Source: Acidimicrobiia bacterium (GTDB taxonomy: Bacteria > Actinomycetota > Acidimicrobiia > Spongiisociales > ZC4RG35). From it: a stretch of 62,081 nucleotides of DNA. Made by a program: the position numbers and the translations under genes. Below the pieces are notes generated by a model. It saw nothing but the letters and a program-made list of their open reading frames with translations, was not told the DNA's origin and ran no database searches. This document shows, one piece after another, positions 54,517 through 62,081 of this stretch; position 1 is the stretch's first letter; the number at the start of each line of letters is the position of its first letter. The DNA is taken from positions 1-62,081 of the forward strand of contig JBIOVB010000130.1 in NCBI GenBank assembly GCA_044867525.1, in the 5' to 3' direction.

Positions 54517-57009
54517 GGGAGTGAGCACCAATAGCCCCTCGGCTCCCGCGTCTACTTGCTCCCGGGTCCAGCGCAGTGGTCGCTGGATGCCATCCGACCA
54601 GTCGTCGATCATGTCGGCGTAGTGCTCGTGGAAGGCGTGACCGGACTGCCCGGTGGTGTGGATCACCGTGGACGCCGAGAGGTCGGCGAGATCGACCACC
54701 ATCCTCATCGAGGGCACCCAATCGACCTCGTAACCCACCGGTGGGTAGAAGCCGACTGCGTTCACCAGGTCGGCGCCGCCGCCGAGCCGCGTCGGCGCCG
54801 CCCTGTTGAAGAGCCACTCGATGGGGGCGATCCCCGATTGGCCGAAGGTCTGGTTCTCGAAATTGGCTTTGTGCAGGCGGGCCCACTCCCAGCCCGCGGG
54901 GTCACCACCCAGTCGCTCGGTCAGCTCGGCATGCGCCTCCGACATCGCCATCACCAGGATGGCATCCCTGTCCTCGACCTCGGATGTCGAAGTGTCGTCC
55001 CACCAGATGTCGTCAGGAGATTCCAGAAGTGCAGCCACGACCTCGAACCATCGACTTCCCCCCTCGGGCCAGGAGTCCTCGGGGAGCTCGTCGTGGAAAG
55101 TGAGCGCCAGGAGATGCACCCATGTCGCCTGATAGGCGGCTGCCCCCGGTGACGTGGGGGCCGACTGGAAGGGGTCCTCACCTTCCGACCACGGCGTGAG
55201 CACCTCCTGCATCGCAAGGACCGCTTCGCTCTCGGATTCGACCCGAAGCAGGTGGGGCATCAGGTTGTCGGCTCCGCCATCCCGGTTGTCCATCTGCATT
55301 GCCTGACCCGAAGCAACCGAATAGTCGCCGCTCATTTCGAGCATCTCCTCGATACGCGCCGCCCGGTACCCGAGGTCCGAGTCGACCGAGAAGAAGGGAT
55401 CGCCGCCGGCGATCACCCGGTTGTTGGCCGTCGCCACGTAGCCCCGGGGTGGATTGAACATCCGGGGTAGGTCCTCGAAGGGAACCAGACCGTTGGAGAA
55501 TTGAAAATCATCGGTCCAACCGGGGACCGGCCACGACCCGTCGTGGCCGACCCGGATCGGGATCTCGCCTGTCGCCTGATAGGCGATGTTCCCTTCGATG
55601 TCGGCATAGACCAGGTTCTGTGCCGCGATGTCCCATCTCGAAGCGGCTGCCCTGAACTCCTCGTAGTTCCCTGCCTGATTGAGGCCGATGATGGCTTCCA
55701 CCAGGGTCGAAGGTTGCAGCGACTGCCAGGCGAGGGATACCGCAAACGGCTCGGGAAGGTCGAGTGTGGACCCCTGGAAGGGTGGCTCTTCGAAATAGGT
55801 GTCGGAGATGATCGGCCCGTGCATGGTGACCATTACTTCAAACCCGACGTCCTCTCCGCCGGCGACCCTTATCGTCTCCCTTCGGACCTCGGCGTCGACC
55901 CACTCGTCTTCGTACTCGTACTGGTGGGGGTTGTCCGGGTTGATCTTCTCGATGAACAGGTCCTGGGTGTCGACAGCCTCGTTGGTCACCCCCCAGGCGA
56001 TCTGGTCGTTGTGCCCGATCACCACCCCGGGGATCCCGGCGAATGAGTAACCGGCCACCTGATAAGGGCATTCGGGCCCACTCGTCGTGCAGTGCAACCC
56101 GTTGAGGTACCAGATCGAGGGCATCTGGATGGCGAGATGGGGGTCGTTGGCCAGGATCGGCATCCCGCTTTCGGTGCGGGAGCCGCCGACCACCCAGTTA
56201 TTGGACCCGATCCCGCTGAAGCCGCCCCCGGTCCGCTCCCAGACGGCCCGGGCCTTGTCGGCTGCCATGGCCAACACCTGCAACTGCTCGGGGGAGTAGG
56301 CGGTGACCACCCTCCTGGTCCCCGCTGCCTGCTCGGAGGGCACGATCACCGGCGTACCTTCGGGGTAAGCGGGATAGAGCTGCGCGATTCGGTCGAGTGG
56401 CAGCGACGCACTGAGGGTGGCCCGGTCGATCTCCTGGAGCAGGTTCCAGCTCAGGTCCCACGACATCACCTTGGCCCAGGTCAGGCTGTGCACCGGGGTC
56501 CAGGGCTCGATCTCGTACCCCGAGTTCTGCAGGGGGAGGATGGCGTACTCCAGGCTGATCTGGGATGGGCTGTGCTCTTCCAGATATGCGTTCACTCCGG
56601 CTGCGTAGGCCTCGAGGATCCCGCGGTGCTCAGCCGGCATCTCATCCAACTCCTGCTCGGCGATCCCGGTGAAGTCGAGAGAGCGGAGGAACATGTCGGT
56701 TTCCACCTGGTCTTCGCCGAACATCTCGGCGAGGCGTCCCGCCCCGACGTGCCTCCAGAAGTCCATCTGCCAGAAGCGGTCCTGGGCGTGGGTGTAGCCC
56801 TGGGCGAAGAACAGATCCTGTGTCGTGGACGCGTAGATGTGGGGTACGCCGTCCACGTCCCTGACCACCTCTACCTGGTTTCCGAGGCCGGCCACCTCGA
56901 TCTGGCCGTCTGTTTGAGGAAACGAGCGGCGGATCATGAAGAAGCCGAAGACGCCGATCGCGACCCCGAGAACCAGCAGAACGACCAGGATGCGGCGGAC
57001 CCAGCGCAT
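54508..57009 (-). CDS. Penicillin acylase family (Ntn hydrolase, S45)
   Basis: GVPHIYA, AQDRFWQMD, GSNNW, ANDPHL, TANN, GQSGH. Confidence 0.94.
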   Translation of the reverse strand: MRWVRRILVVLLVLGVAIGVFGFFMIRRSFPQTDGQIEVAGLGNQVEVVRDVDGVPHIYASTTQDLFFAQGYTHAQDRFWQMDFWRHVGAGRLAEMFGEDQVETDMFLRSLDFTGIAEQELDEMPAEHRGILEAYAAGVNAYLEEHSPSQISLEYAILPLQNSGYEIEPWTPVHSLTWAKVMSWDLSWNLLQEIDRATLSASLPLDRIAQLYPAYPEGTPVIVPSEQAAGTRRVVTAYSPEQLQVLAMAADKARAVWERTGGGFSGIGSNNWVVGGSRTESGMPILANDPHLAIQMPSIWYLNGLHCTTSGPECPYQVAGYSFAGIPGVVIGHNDQIAWGVTNEAVDTQDLFIEKINPDNPHQYEYEDEWVDAEVRRETIRVAGGEDVGFEVMVTMHGPIISDTYFEEPPFQGSTLDLPEPFAVSLAWQSLQPSTLVEAIIGLNQAGNYEEFRAAASRWDIAAQNLVYADIEGNIAYQATGEIPIRVGHDGSWPVPGWTDDFQFSNGLVPFEDLPRMFNPPRGYVATANNRVIAGGDPFFSVDSDLGYRAARIEEMLEMSGDYSVASGQAMQMDNRDGGADNLMPHLLRVESESEAVLAMQEVLTPWSEGEDPFQSAPTSPGAAAYQATWVHLLALTFHDELPEDSWPEGGSRWFEVVAALLESPDDIWWDDTSTSEVEDRDAILVMAMSEAHAELTERLGGDPAGWEWARLHKANFENQTFGQSGIAPIEWLFNRAAPTRLGGGADLVNAVGFYPPVGYEVDWVPSMRMVVDLADLSASTVIHTTGQSGHAFHEHYADMIDDWSDGIQRPLRWTREQVDAGAEGLLVLTPRN

Positions 57010-57064
57010 GCCGGGAGCCTAGGTGGAATCGGCCTTTGCGCCTGGTCCTGCCTAGTTTTGCGCC

Positions 57065-57520
57065 ATGCGCCGATCGACGAAGGTGATACTGCTCGCTCTC
57101 GTGCTGGCGGCGTGCAGCCCCACTGCGGAGACCACGACCACCTCCACCTCGGTACTCGAGAACGTCGCCTCGACGATGCCGACAGCTCCGCCGGCATCGA
57201 CCGCGCCGACCACGACCGAGACGGTGCCCCAGACCACCGCGGCTCCGATTACCACGCCCGGCGCTCCCGCCGACGTGATCGTTAGTGGGGGCGTGGTGGA
57301 CGGCCCGGACACCATCGAGGTCTTGATGGGGGAGACCGTGGGAATCACCGTCCTCGCCGACGTGGCCGATGAGGTCCATGTCCACGGCTTCGACCTCACG
57401 TTTCCCACCGAGCCCGGTGTTCCCACGGTGGTGACCTTCACAGCCGATGCCCAGGGGATCTTCGAGGTCGAGCTCGAGGAGGCCGAGCTCCCCCTGTTCG
57501 AGTTGGTGGTCGTCCCCTGA
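57065..57520 (+). CDS. Lipoprotein with small cupredoxin-like beta domain
   Basis: LAAC lipobox, Thr-rich linker, DEVHVHGFD, GIFEVE. Confidence 0.7.
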   Translation: MRRSTKVILLALVLAACSPTAETTTTSTSVLENVASTMPTAPPASTAPTTTETVPQTTAAPITTPGAPADVIVSGGVVDGPDTIEVLMGETVGITVLADVADEVHVHGFDLTFPTEPGVPTVVTFTADAQGIFEVELEEAELPLFELVVVP

Positions 57521-57521
57521 G

Positions 57522-58817
57522 ATGATCTGGCCACACGGCATAGGGGGGCGCCTCGACCTCCCGGTGCCCGTTTCCTACTTCATCGTCGGCGCCGGGCTGG
57601 TGCTCGTCGCCAGCTTCGTCGTTCTCGCTCTCCTCTGGCCCGAGCCCAGACTCCAGGGCGGTCCCCGGGATGAGGTGTCGAGGCTGACCGTTCCCCGCCG
57701 AGGGCTGGTGCCTGGCCTTGGGCTGCTCGGCCTCCTCCTGGTGATCGGCCAGCTGGTGGTGGAGCTCCTTGGCCTGGAGACCGACCCGTCACGGCCCACA
57801 ATCGCCCCGGTCCTGGTTTGGGTGGTGTTCTGGCTGGTGGTGCCTTTTGCCGGTGTGGTGATCGGCGACTGGTACACCGACCTCAACCCGTGGCGCAGCG
57901 TGGGCAGGATGCTTGGAGTGGGGAGCCGGGAGCGTCCCCAGTTCCTGGCAAGGGTCGGGATCTGGCCGGCAGCGGTGCTGTTTCTCGCCTTCGCCTGGCT
58001 GGAGCTGGTCAGCCCGAGCTCGGGGGAGCCGGTCACCCTTGGTCTCGCCGCCCTCGTCTACACGACCGTGATGGTGGCGGTGATGACCTACGCGGGCCGG
58101 GAGACGGGACTCGCCGGATTCGACCTGTTCACCCCCTACAACCGGCTCTTCTCCTCGATCTCGCCCTTGGGCCGTCGTGCCGATGGGCGGATCGTGTGGC
58201 GGGGATGGTTGCGGGCGCTCCCCGTTCTCCCGTCGTGGCCCGGATTGGCCGCTTTCGTCGTGTTCGCCATCGGAACCGTCACCTACGACGGGGCCTCGGG
58301 AACCACCTGGTTTCGCGACGCGGTCGGCGATCTGGGACAGACCACCGGTGGCGAGACGGTCTTGTTGATCGCCACGATCGCGGTGATCGCCAGTGGCTAC
58401 CTGCTCGCATCCTGGGCCGCCTCCCGCTTGGCAGGGGGCGGCTGGACCACGGGCCGGGTGGCGGCTCGCTTTGCCCACTCGCTGGTTCCGATCGCGCTTG
58501 CCTATGCAGTCGCCCACTACATGACCCTGATCATCTTCGAGGGCCAGCAGCTCATTGCGGCGGTGTCCGACCCCTTCGCCATGAGCTGGGACCTGTTCGG
58601 AACCGCCGACCGCAAGGTGGATTTCTTTCTCACCGCCAGTGAGCCGATCTGGTATCTCCAGGTGGCGGTGATCGTCTCCGGGCACGTCGCCGGTGTCGTT
58701 CTCGCCCACGACCGGGCACTCGGGGACTTCGGGCCGGACGCGGTGCGTTCCCAATACGCGATGCTTCTCCTTATGGTGGCTCTCACCACTCTCGGGTTGC
58801 TGATCCTTTCCGGTTGA
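57522..58817 (+). CDS. Conserved polytopic membrane protein (often labelled fenitrothion hydrolase-like)
   Basis: HGIGGRLDLPVP, LVASF, NPWR, PIALAYAVAHY, SDPF, GHVAGVVLAHD, SQY. Confidence 0.75.
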   Translation: MIWPHGIGGRLDLPVPVSYFIVGAGLVLVASFVVLALLWPEPRLQGGPRDEVSRLTVPRRGLVPGLGLLGLLLVIGQLVVELLGLETDPSRPTIAPVLVWVVFWLVVPFAGVVIGDWYTDLNPWRSVGRMLGVGSRERPQFLARVGIWPAAVLFLAFAWLELVSPSSGEPVTLGLAALVYTTVMVAVMTYAGRETGLAGFDLFTPYNRLFSSISPLGRRADGRIVWRGWLRALPVLPSWPGLAAFVVFAIGTVTYDGASGTTWFRDAVGDLGQTTGGETVLLIATIAVIASGYLLASWAASRLAGGGWTTGRVAARFAHSLVPIALAYAVAHYMTLIIFEGQQLIAAVSDPFAMSWDLFGTADRKVDFFLTASEPIWYLQVAVIVSGHVAGVVLAHDRALGDFGPDAVRSQYAMLLLMVALTTLGLLILSG

Positions 58818-58981
58818 TGTTCACCTTTGCCCACTATTGGGGGATCGACGAGGTCGGGATATTTGTCATCCCGGCCCTAGCCGCCATCTTCTCTTTGCGC
58901 TGGGCGGAGCGTCGGGCGAGGCGGAAAGCAGTGGAGAGGCAGGCGGAGGAAGAAGTGCCGGAACCAACCGATGTCGACTGA
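58817..58981 (+). CDS. 54-aa single-TM microprotein (not in ORF track)
   Basis: MFTFAHYWGIDEVGIFVIPALAAIFSLRWAERRARRKAVERQAEEEVPEPTDVD*; TGATG coupling upstream, overlaps ctaB start. Confidence 0.7.
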   Translation: MFTFAHYWGIDEVGIFVIPALAAIFSLRWAERRARRKAVERQAEEEVPEPTDVD

Positions 58982-59894
58982 GAGCACGGGAGCGCCTCTC
59001 ACCCCGGAGGTGACCCTCGTGGTTCCATCCGAGCGTTCGCGTTCGAGGCTTGCGGCTTACCTGGCGCTGACCAAGCCCCGAATCATCGAGCTGCTCCTGA
59101 TCACCACGGTCCCCTCGATGGTGCTGGCCGCCGGCACCTGGCCCGGCGCCTGGATCGTGGTCAACACCTTGATCGGGGGAACGCTGTCTGCCGGCGGAGC
59201 CAACGCCCTCAACAGCTATTTCGACCGTGACATCGACGAGTTGATGCGGCGCACCAGGTCCCGCCCGCTGGCCCGTCACGAGGTCCCGCCGGCCAACGCT
59301 CTCTTCTTCGGCGTCGCCCTCGGACTCGCCGGGTTCCTCTGGCTCTGGCTGACCGCCAACCTGGTAGCCGCGGCGATCGCTACCGCAGCGCTGCTCTTCT
59401 ATGTCCTGGTGTACACCCTCGCCCTGAAGCGCTCCACCACCCAGAACATCGTGATCGGGGGGGCGGCGGGTGCGGCTCCGGTCCTGGTGGGGTGGGCCGC
59501 AATCGCCGGAGGCGTGGGACTGCCGGCGTGGGTGCTGTTCCTGGTGGTCTTCTATTGGACTCCACCCCACTTCTGGGCCCTGGCCATCAGGTATCGGGAT
59601 GACTACGCCCGTGCCGGGGTGCCCATGCTGCCGGTGGTCGCCGGTGTCGAGGCCACAACCCGCAAGATGCTGCTCTACACCGGGGTGATGGTGGGGATAA
59701 CCCTTCTCCTGGTGCCGGTGGCAGGTATGGGCTGGATCTACTTGGTTGCCGCCATCGCCCTCGGGGCCTGGTTCCTCTGGGACACCTGGAGGGTGTTCCG
59801 CCATCCCGAAGATGCGATGCGCTTGTTCACCACCTCGACGGTCTATCTGTCCGCCCTCTTCGCGTCGGTCATGCTCGACGTCCTGATCCGATGA
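58971..59894 (+). CDS. ctaB: Protoheme IX farnesyltransferase (heme o synthase)
   Basis: LTKPRII, DRDIDELMRRTRSRP, YTLALKR, NIVIGG, WTPPHFWALA, DY..AGVPMLP. Confidence 0.96.
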   Translation: MSTESTGAPLTPEVTLVVPSERSRSRLAAYLALTKPRIIELLLITTVPSMVLAAGTWPGAWIVVNTLIGGTLSAGGANALNSYFDRDIDELMRRTRSRPLARHEVPPANALFFGVALGLAGFLWLWLTANLVAAAIATAALLFYVLVYTLALKRSTTQNIVIGGAAGAAPVLVGWAAIAGGVGLPAWVLFLVVFYWTPPHFWALAIRYRDDYARAGVPMLPVVAGVEATTRKMLLYTGVMVGITLLLVPVAGMGWIYLVAAIALGAWFLWDTWRVFRHPEDAMRLFTTSTVYLSALFASVMLDVLIR

Positions 59895-60721
59895 GACAGT
59901 CGCTGCTCCTGATCGCCGTCGGACTGGCTGCGCTGTCGTGCAGCTCCGAGGAGACCCCGTTGGCGGTTGTGGCCTCTGCCCCGGCTGCCATCGGTGTTGG
60001 CGAGCAACGTGTCATGTTCACGCTGATCGACCAGGAGACCAATCAGTGGGTTACCTCGCCGGATCGGCCCGCAACCGTCACCCTTCGCGACGAGAACGGA
60101 TCACCCCTGGAGACCTATCCCATGGAGTTCGTCTGGGCACTGGAAGACGTGCGCGGACTGTATGTGGCCAACCTGGTGATCCCTGAGGCGGGGACGTATC
60201 AAGTGACCATCGACGCCGAGGGTTTCGGTGAGGCGGGTCCAGCCGGGTTGGTGGCGAGCGAAGACCCGACAGTGATCCAAATAGGAGAGCAGGCACCGCG
60301 GTCGGAGACCAAGGTCGGCGCAGACTTCCCGGACCTGGCGACGATCACGTCCGACCCGGACCCCGATCCGGCGATGTACGAGGTGTCGGTCGCCGACGCC
60401 GTTGCCGGCGGCAGCCCAACGGTGATCACCTTCGCCACCCCGGCCTTCTGCACCAGCGAAGCCTGTGGCCCGATGCTGAACCAGGTCAAGGCGCTACGGG
60501 CGAGCTATCCCGACGTCGAGTTCATCCACGTCGAGATCTACGACGACCTTCAGGTCACCGACTTCGCCGACCTGACGGTGGTGCCCGCCGTCGAGGAGTG
60601 GGGCCTCCCCTCAGAGCCCTGGGTTTTCGTGGTCGATGGGGGTGGGACGGTGAGCGCGGCCTTCGAAGGAGCGGTGGGCAACGAGGAGCTCACCGCTGCC
60701 ATCGAGGCGGCTGGGGGCTGA
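59891..60721 (+). CDS. Thioredoxin-fold lipoprotein (CxxxxC)
   Basis: ALSC lipobox, FATPAFCTSEACGP, FIHVEIY, LPSEPWVFVVD. Confidence 0.8.
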   Translation: MRQSLLLIAVGLAALSCSSEETPLAVVASAPAAIGVGEQRVMFTLIDQETNQWVTSPDRPATVTLRDENGSPLETYPMEFVWALEDVRGLYVANLVIPEAGTYQVTIDAEGFGEAGPAGLVASEDPTVIQIGEQAPRSETKVGADFPDLATITSDPDPDPAMYEVSVADAVAGGSPTVITFATPAFCTSEACGPMLNQVKALRASYPDVEFIHVEIYDDLQVTDFADLTVVPAVEEWGLPSEPWVFVVDGGGTVSAAFEGAVGNEELTAAIEAAGG

Positions 60722-60803
60722 GCCGACCTGGCCCGACGGGTCTCCCGGTGTCTTCTGGCCTGTGGAAAAGAATTCTTTGAAACGGCTTCAGGGGTATGGA
60801 ATC

Positions 60804-60825
60804 TGTCTGGCCCGGTCAGTACCAT
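60804..60825 (+). promoter_or_regulatory. PafBC/RecA-NDp-type promoter TGTCTG-N10-TACCAT
   Basis: One mismatch to TGTCRG-N10-TANNNT; 8 nt before ATG 60834. Confidence 0.65.
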
Positions 60826-60826
60826 A

Positions 60827-60840
60827 CGAACATATGTTCG
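60827..60840. promoter_or_regulatory. LexA (SOS) box
   Basis: Perfect palindrome CGAACATATGTTCG (GAAC-N4-GTTC) covering the start codon. Confidence 0.85.
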
Positions 60841-62081
60841 ACGATGACATTGGGGGAATCCCAACAGGGTTGGCGGAGATGGAGCCGGGTCCCTTCCTGG
60901 CGGGGATCCTGGCATCGATCGACCGGGATGCATTGTCGGGTCATGACCAGGTTCTGTTGCTCAGGGCGGAGCGGCGGCAGGCTGATCACTATCAGGCCCG
61001 GGTCTACGCCACAATGGCGGCGGTGGCGGATTCGGCGGCCACCGAAGTCCCCGATCTGCCTGCAGAGCTGGTCGAGGATGCTGCCGCCGAGGAGATCGGG
61101 GCGGCGTTGACACTTACCCGACGCTCCGCCGAATCTCAGCTCGGTTTCGCTTCCACTCTGATCACCGAGTTTCCGAAATTGTGGGAAGCACTGTCAGAGG
61201 GGACCCTGGACGTGCCCCGCGTGATGGTGATCATCAACCAGACCTCCCAGCTAGAACCGGCGCTCCGCCAGCGGATCACTGATCAGATCCTGGAATCGGC
61301 GTCCGGTTTGACCACGGGTCAGTTGCGGGCCCGACTCGCCCATCTCGTCATCAGCGTCGCCCCCGATGCCGCCGAGCGGCGCTACCGGGAAGGATTGGAG
61401 GAGAGACGGGTAGTCGTGGATGCCAACCCCGATGGCACCGCCAACCTCTGTGCGTGGTCTTTGCCAACAGCCCAGACTCAAGCGGTATTGCGAAAGGTGA
61501 ACCGGATCGCCAGGTCATTGAACACCAATGGCGAGACCCGGACACTCGACCAGTTGCGGGCAGACGTTTTCTTGGACCTGCTTCAGGGCCGTGCCCATGG
61601 CCACCGTCGAGATCGCGGTGTTGTCGATCTCAAAGTCGACCTCACCACCCTCGCCGAACTCGATGACAAGCCCGCCCAAATCCCGGGTTGGGGACCGGTG
61701 ATCGCCGATGTCGCCCGCCAGGTGGCCCGGGAACAGGCGGATTCGGAATGGCGGATAACGATCACCGACCCCGAAGGAGCACCGGTGGCGGTCACCACCA
61801 CCCGCCGCCGGCCCACTGCTGCCCAGCGGAGACAGGTCGAGGCTCGAAATCCGAATTGTGTCTTCCCCGGGTGTCGCTTCCCGTCGGCCCAATCCGATAT
61901 CGACCACATGCACGACTGGGCCGACACGCACCAGACCTGCACCACCGACCTCGACCCGCTCTGTCGACACCATCATGTCGGGAAGCACAAACGAGGCTGG
62001 AAGCTGAAACGGATCCGACCCGGCACCTACCAGTGGACCAGCCCTCTCGGCCACAACTACACCGTGGGCCCCGACCCTCCC
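60834..62081 (+). CDS. DUF222 plus HNH endonuclease (13E12-repeat-like); stop lies beyond the window
   Basis: Own translation MFDDDIGGIP...QLRAD...IPGWGPV...CVFPGC...DIDH...PLCRHHHVGKH..GW...WTSPLGHNY; start and end are in the same frame. Confidence 0.88.
   Translation, partial: MFDDDIGGIPTGLAEMEPGPFLAGILASIDRDALSGHDQVLLLRAERRQADHYQARVYATMAAVADSAATEVPDLPAELVEDAAAEEIGAALTLTRRSAESQLGFASTLITEFPKLWEALSEGTLDVPRVMVIINQTSQLEPALRQRITDQILESASGLTTGQLRARLAHLVISVAPDAAERRYREGLEERRVVVDANPDGTANLCAWSLPTAQTQAVLRKVNRIARSLNTNGETRTLDQLRADVFLDLLQGRAHGHRRDRGVVDLKVDLTTLAELDDKPAQIPGWGPVIADVARQVAREQADSEWRITITDPEGAPVAVTTTRRRPTAAQRRQVEARNPNCVFPGCRFPSAQSDIDHMHDWADTHQTCTTDLDPLCRHHHVGKHKRGWKLKRIRPGTYQWTSPLGHNYTVGPDPP

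Noticed and set aside
60796-62054. Short ORF-track calls at the right end
   Set aside because: Shadows of the open DUF222-HNH frame starting at 60834

Overview
High-GC actinobacterial chromosomal segment; gene content suggests Acidimicrobiia (inference). It holds about 65 mostly housekeeping or metabolic CDS and one tRNA-Lys(UUU): sugar ABC transporter, acyl-CoA carboxylase and a beta-oxidation-like cluster, udk, proC, an EtfD/FadF-like Fe-S protein, clpS, split xdhC plus mocA, an hbhA-like gene with its regulator, glnE, nadE, mgtE, greA, a molybdopterin oxidoreductase, penicillin acylase and a ctaB operon. It ends inside a DUF222-HNH gene that the ORF track missed. No CRISPR array, prophage, integrase or transposase was seen. 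Highlights: (1) one 602-aa ORF fuses an archaeal-type endonuclease IV barrel to an intact LigD/Prim-PolC primase-polymerase, a candidate single-chain base-excision-repair enzyme; (2) next to it is a HisA-like barrel lacking its catalytic base, fused to a VOC domain; (3) four dispersed 51-bp nested-hairpin repeats, two of which supply stop codons; (4) a PafBC-type promoter and a perfect LexA box at the DUF222-HNH gene; (5) readable operator arrays for two uncharacterised regulators; (6) an aeRF1/Balon-like factor; (7) a putative Cu/heme assembly operon with an uncalled microprotein; (8) pervasive leaderless gene starts. All family calls come from reading motifs by eye; no searches were run.
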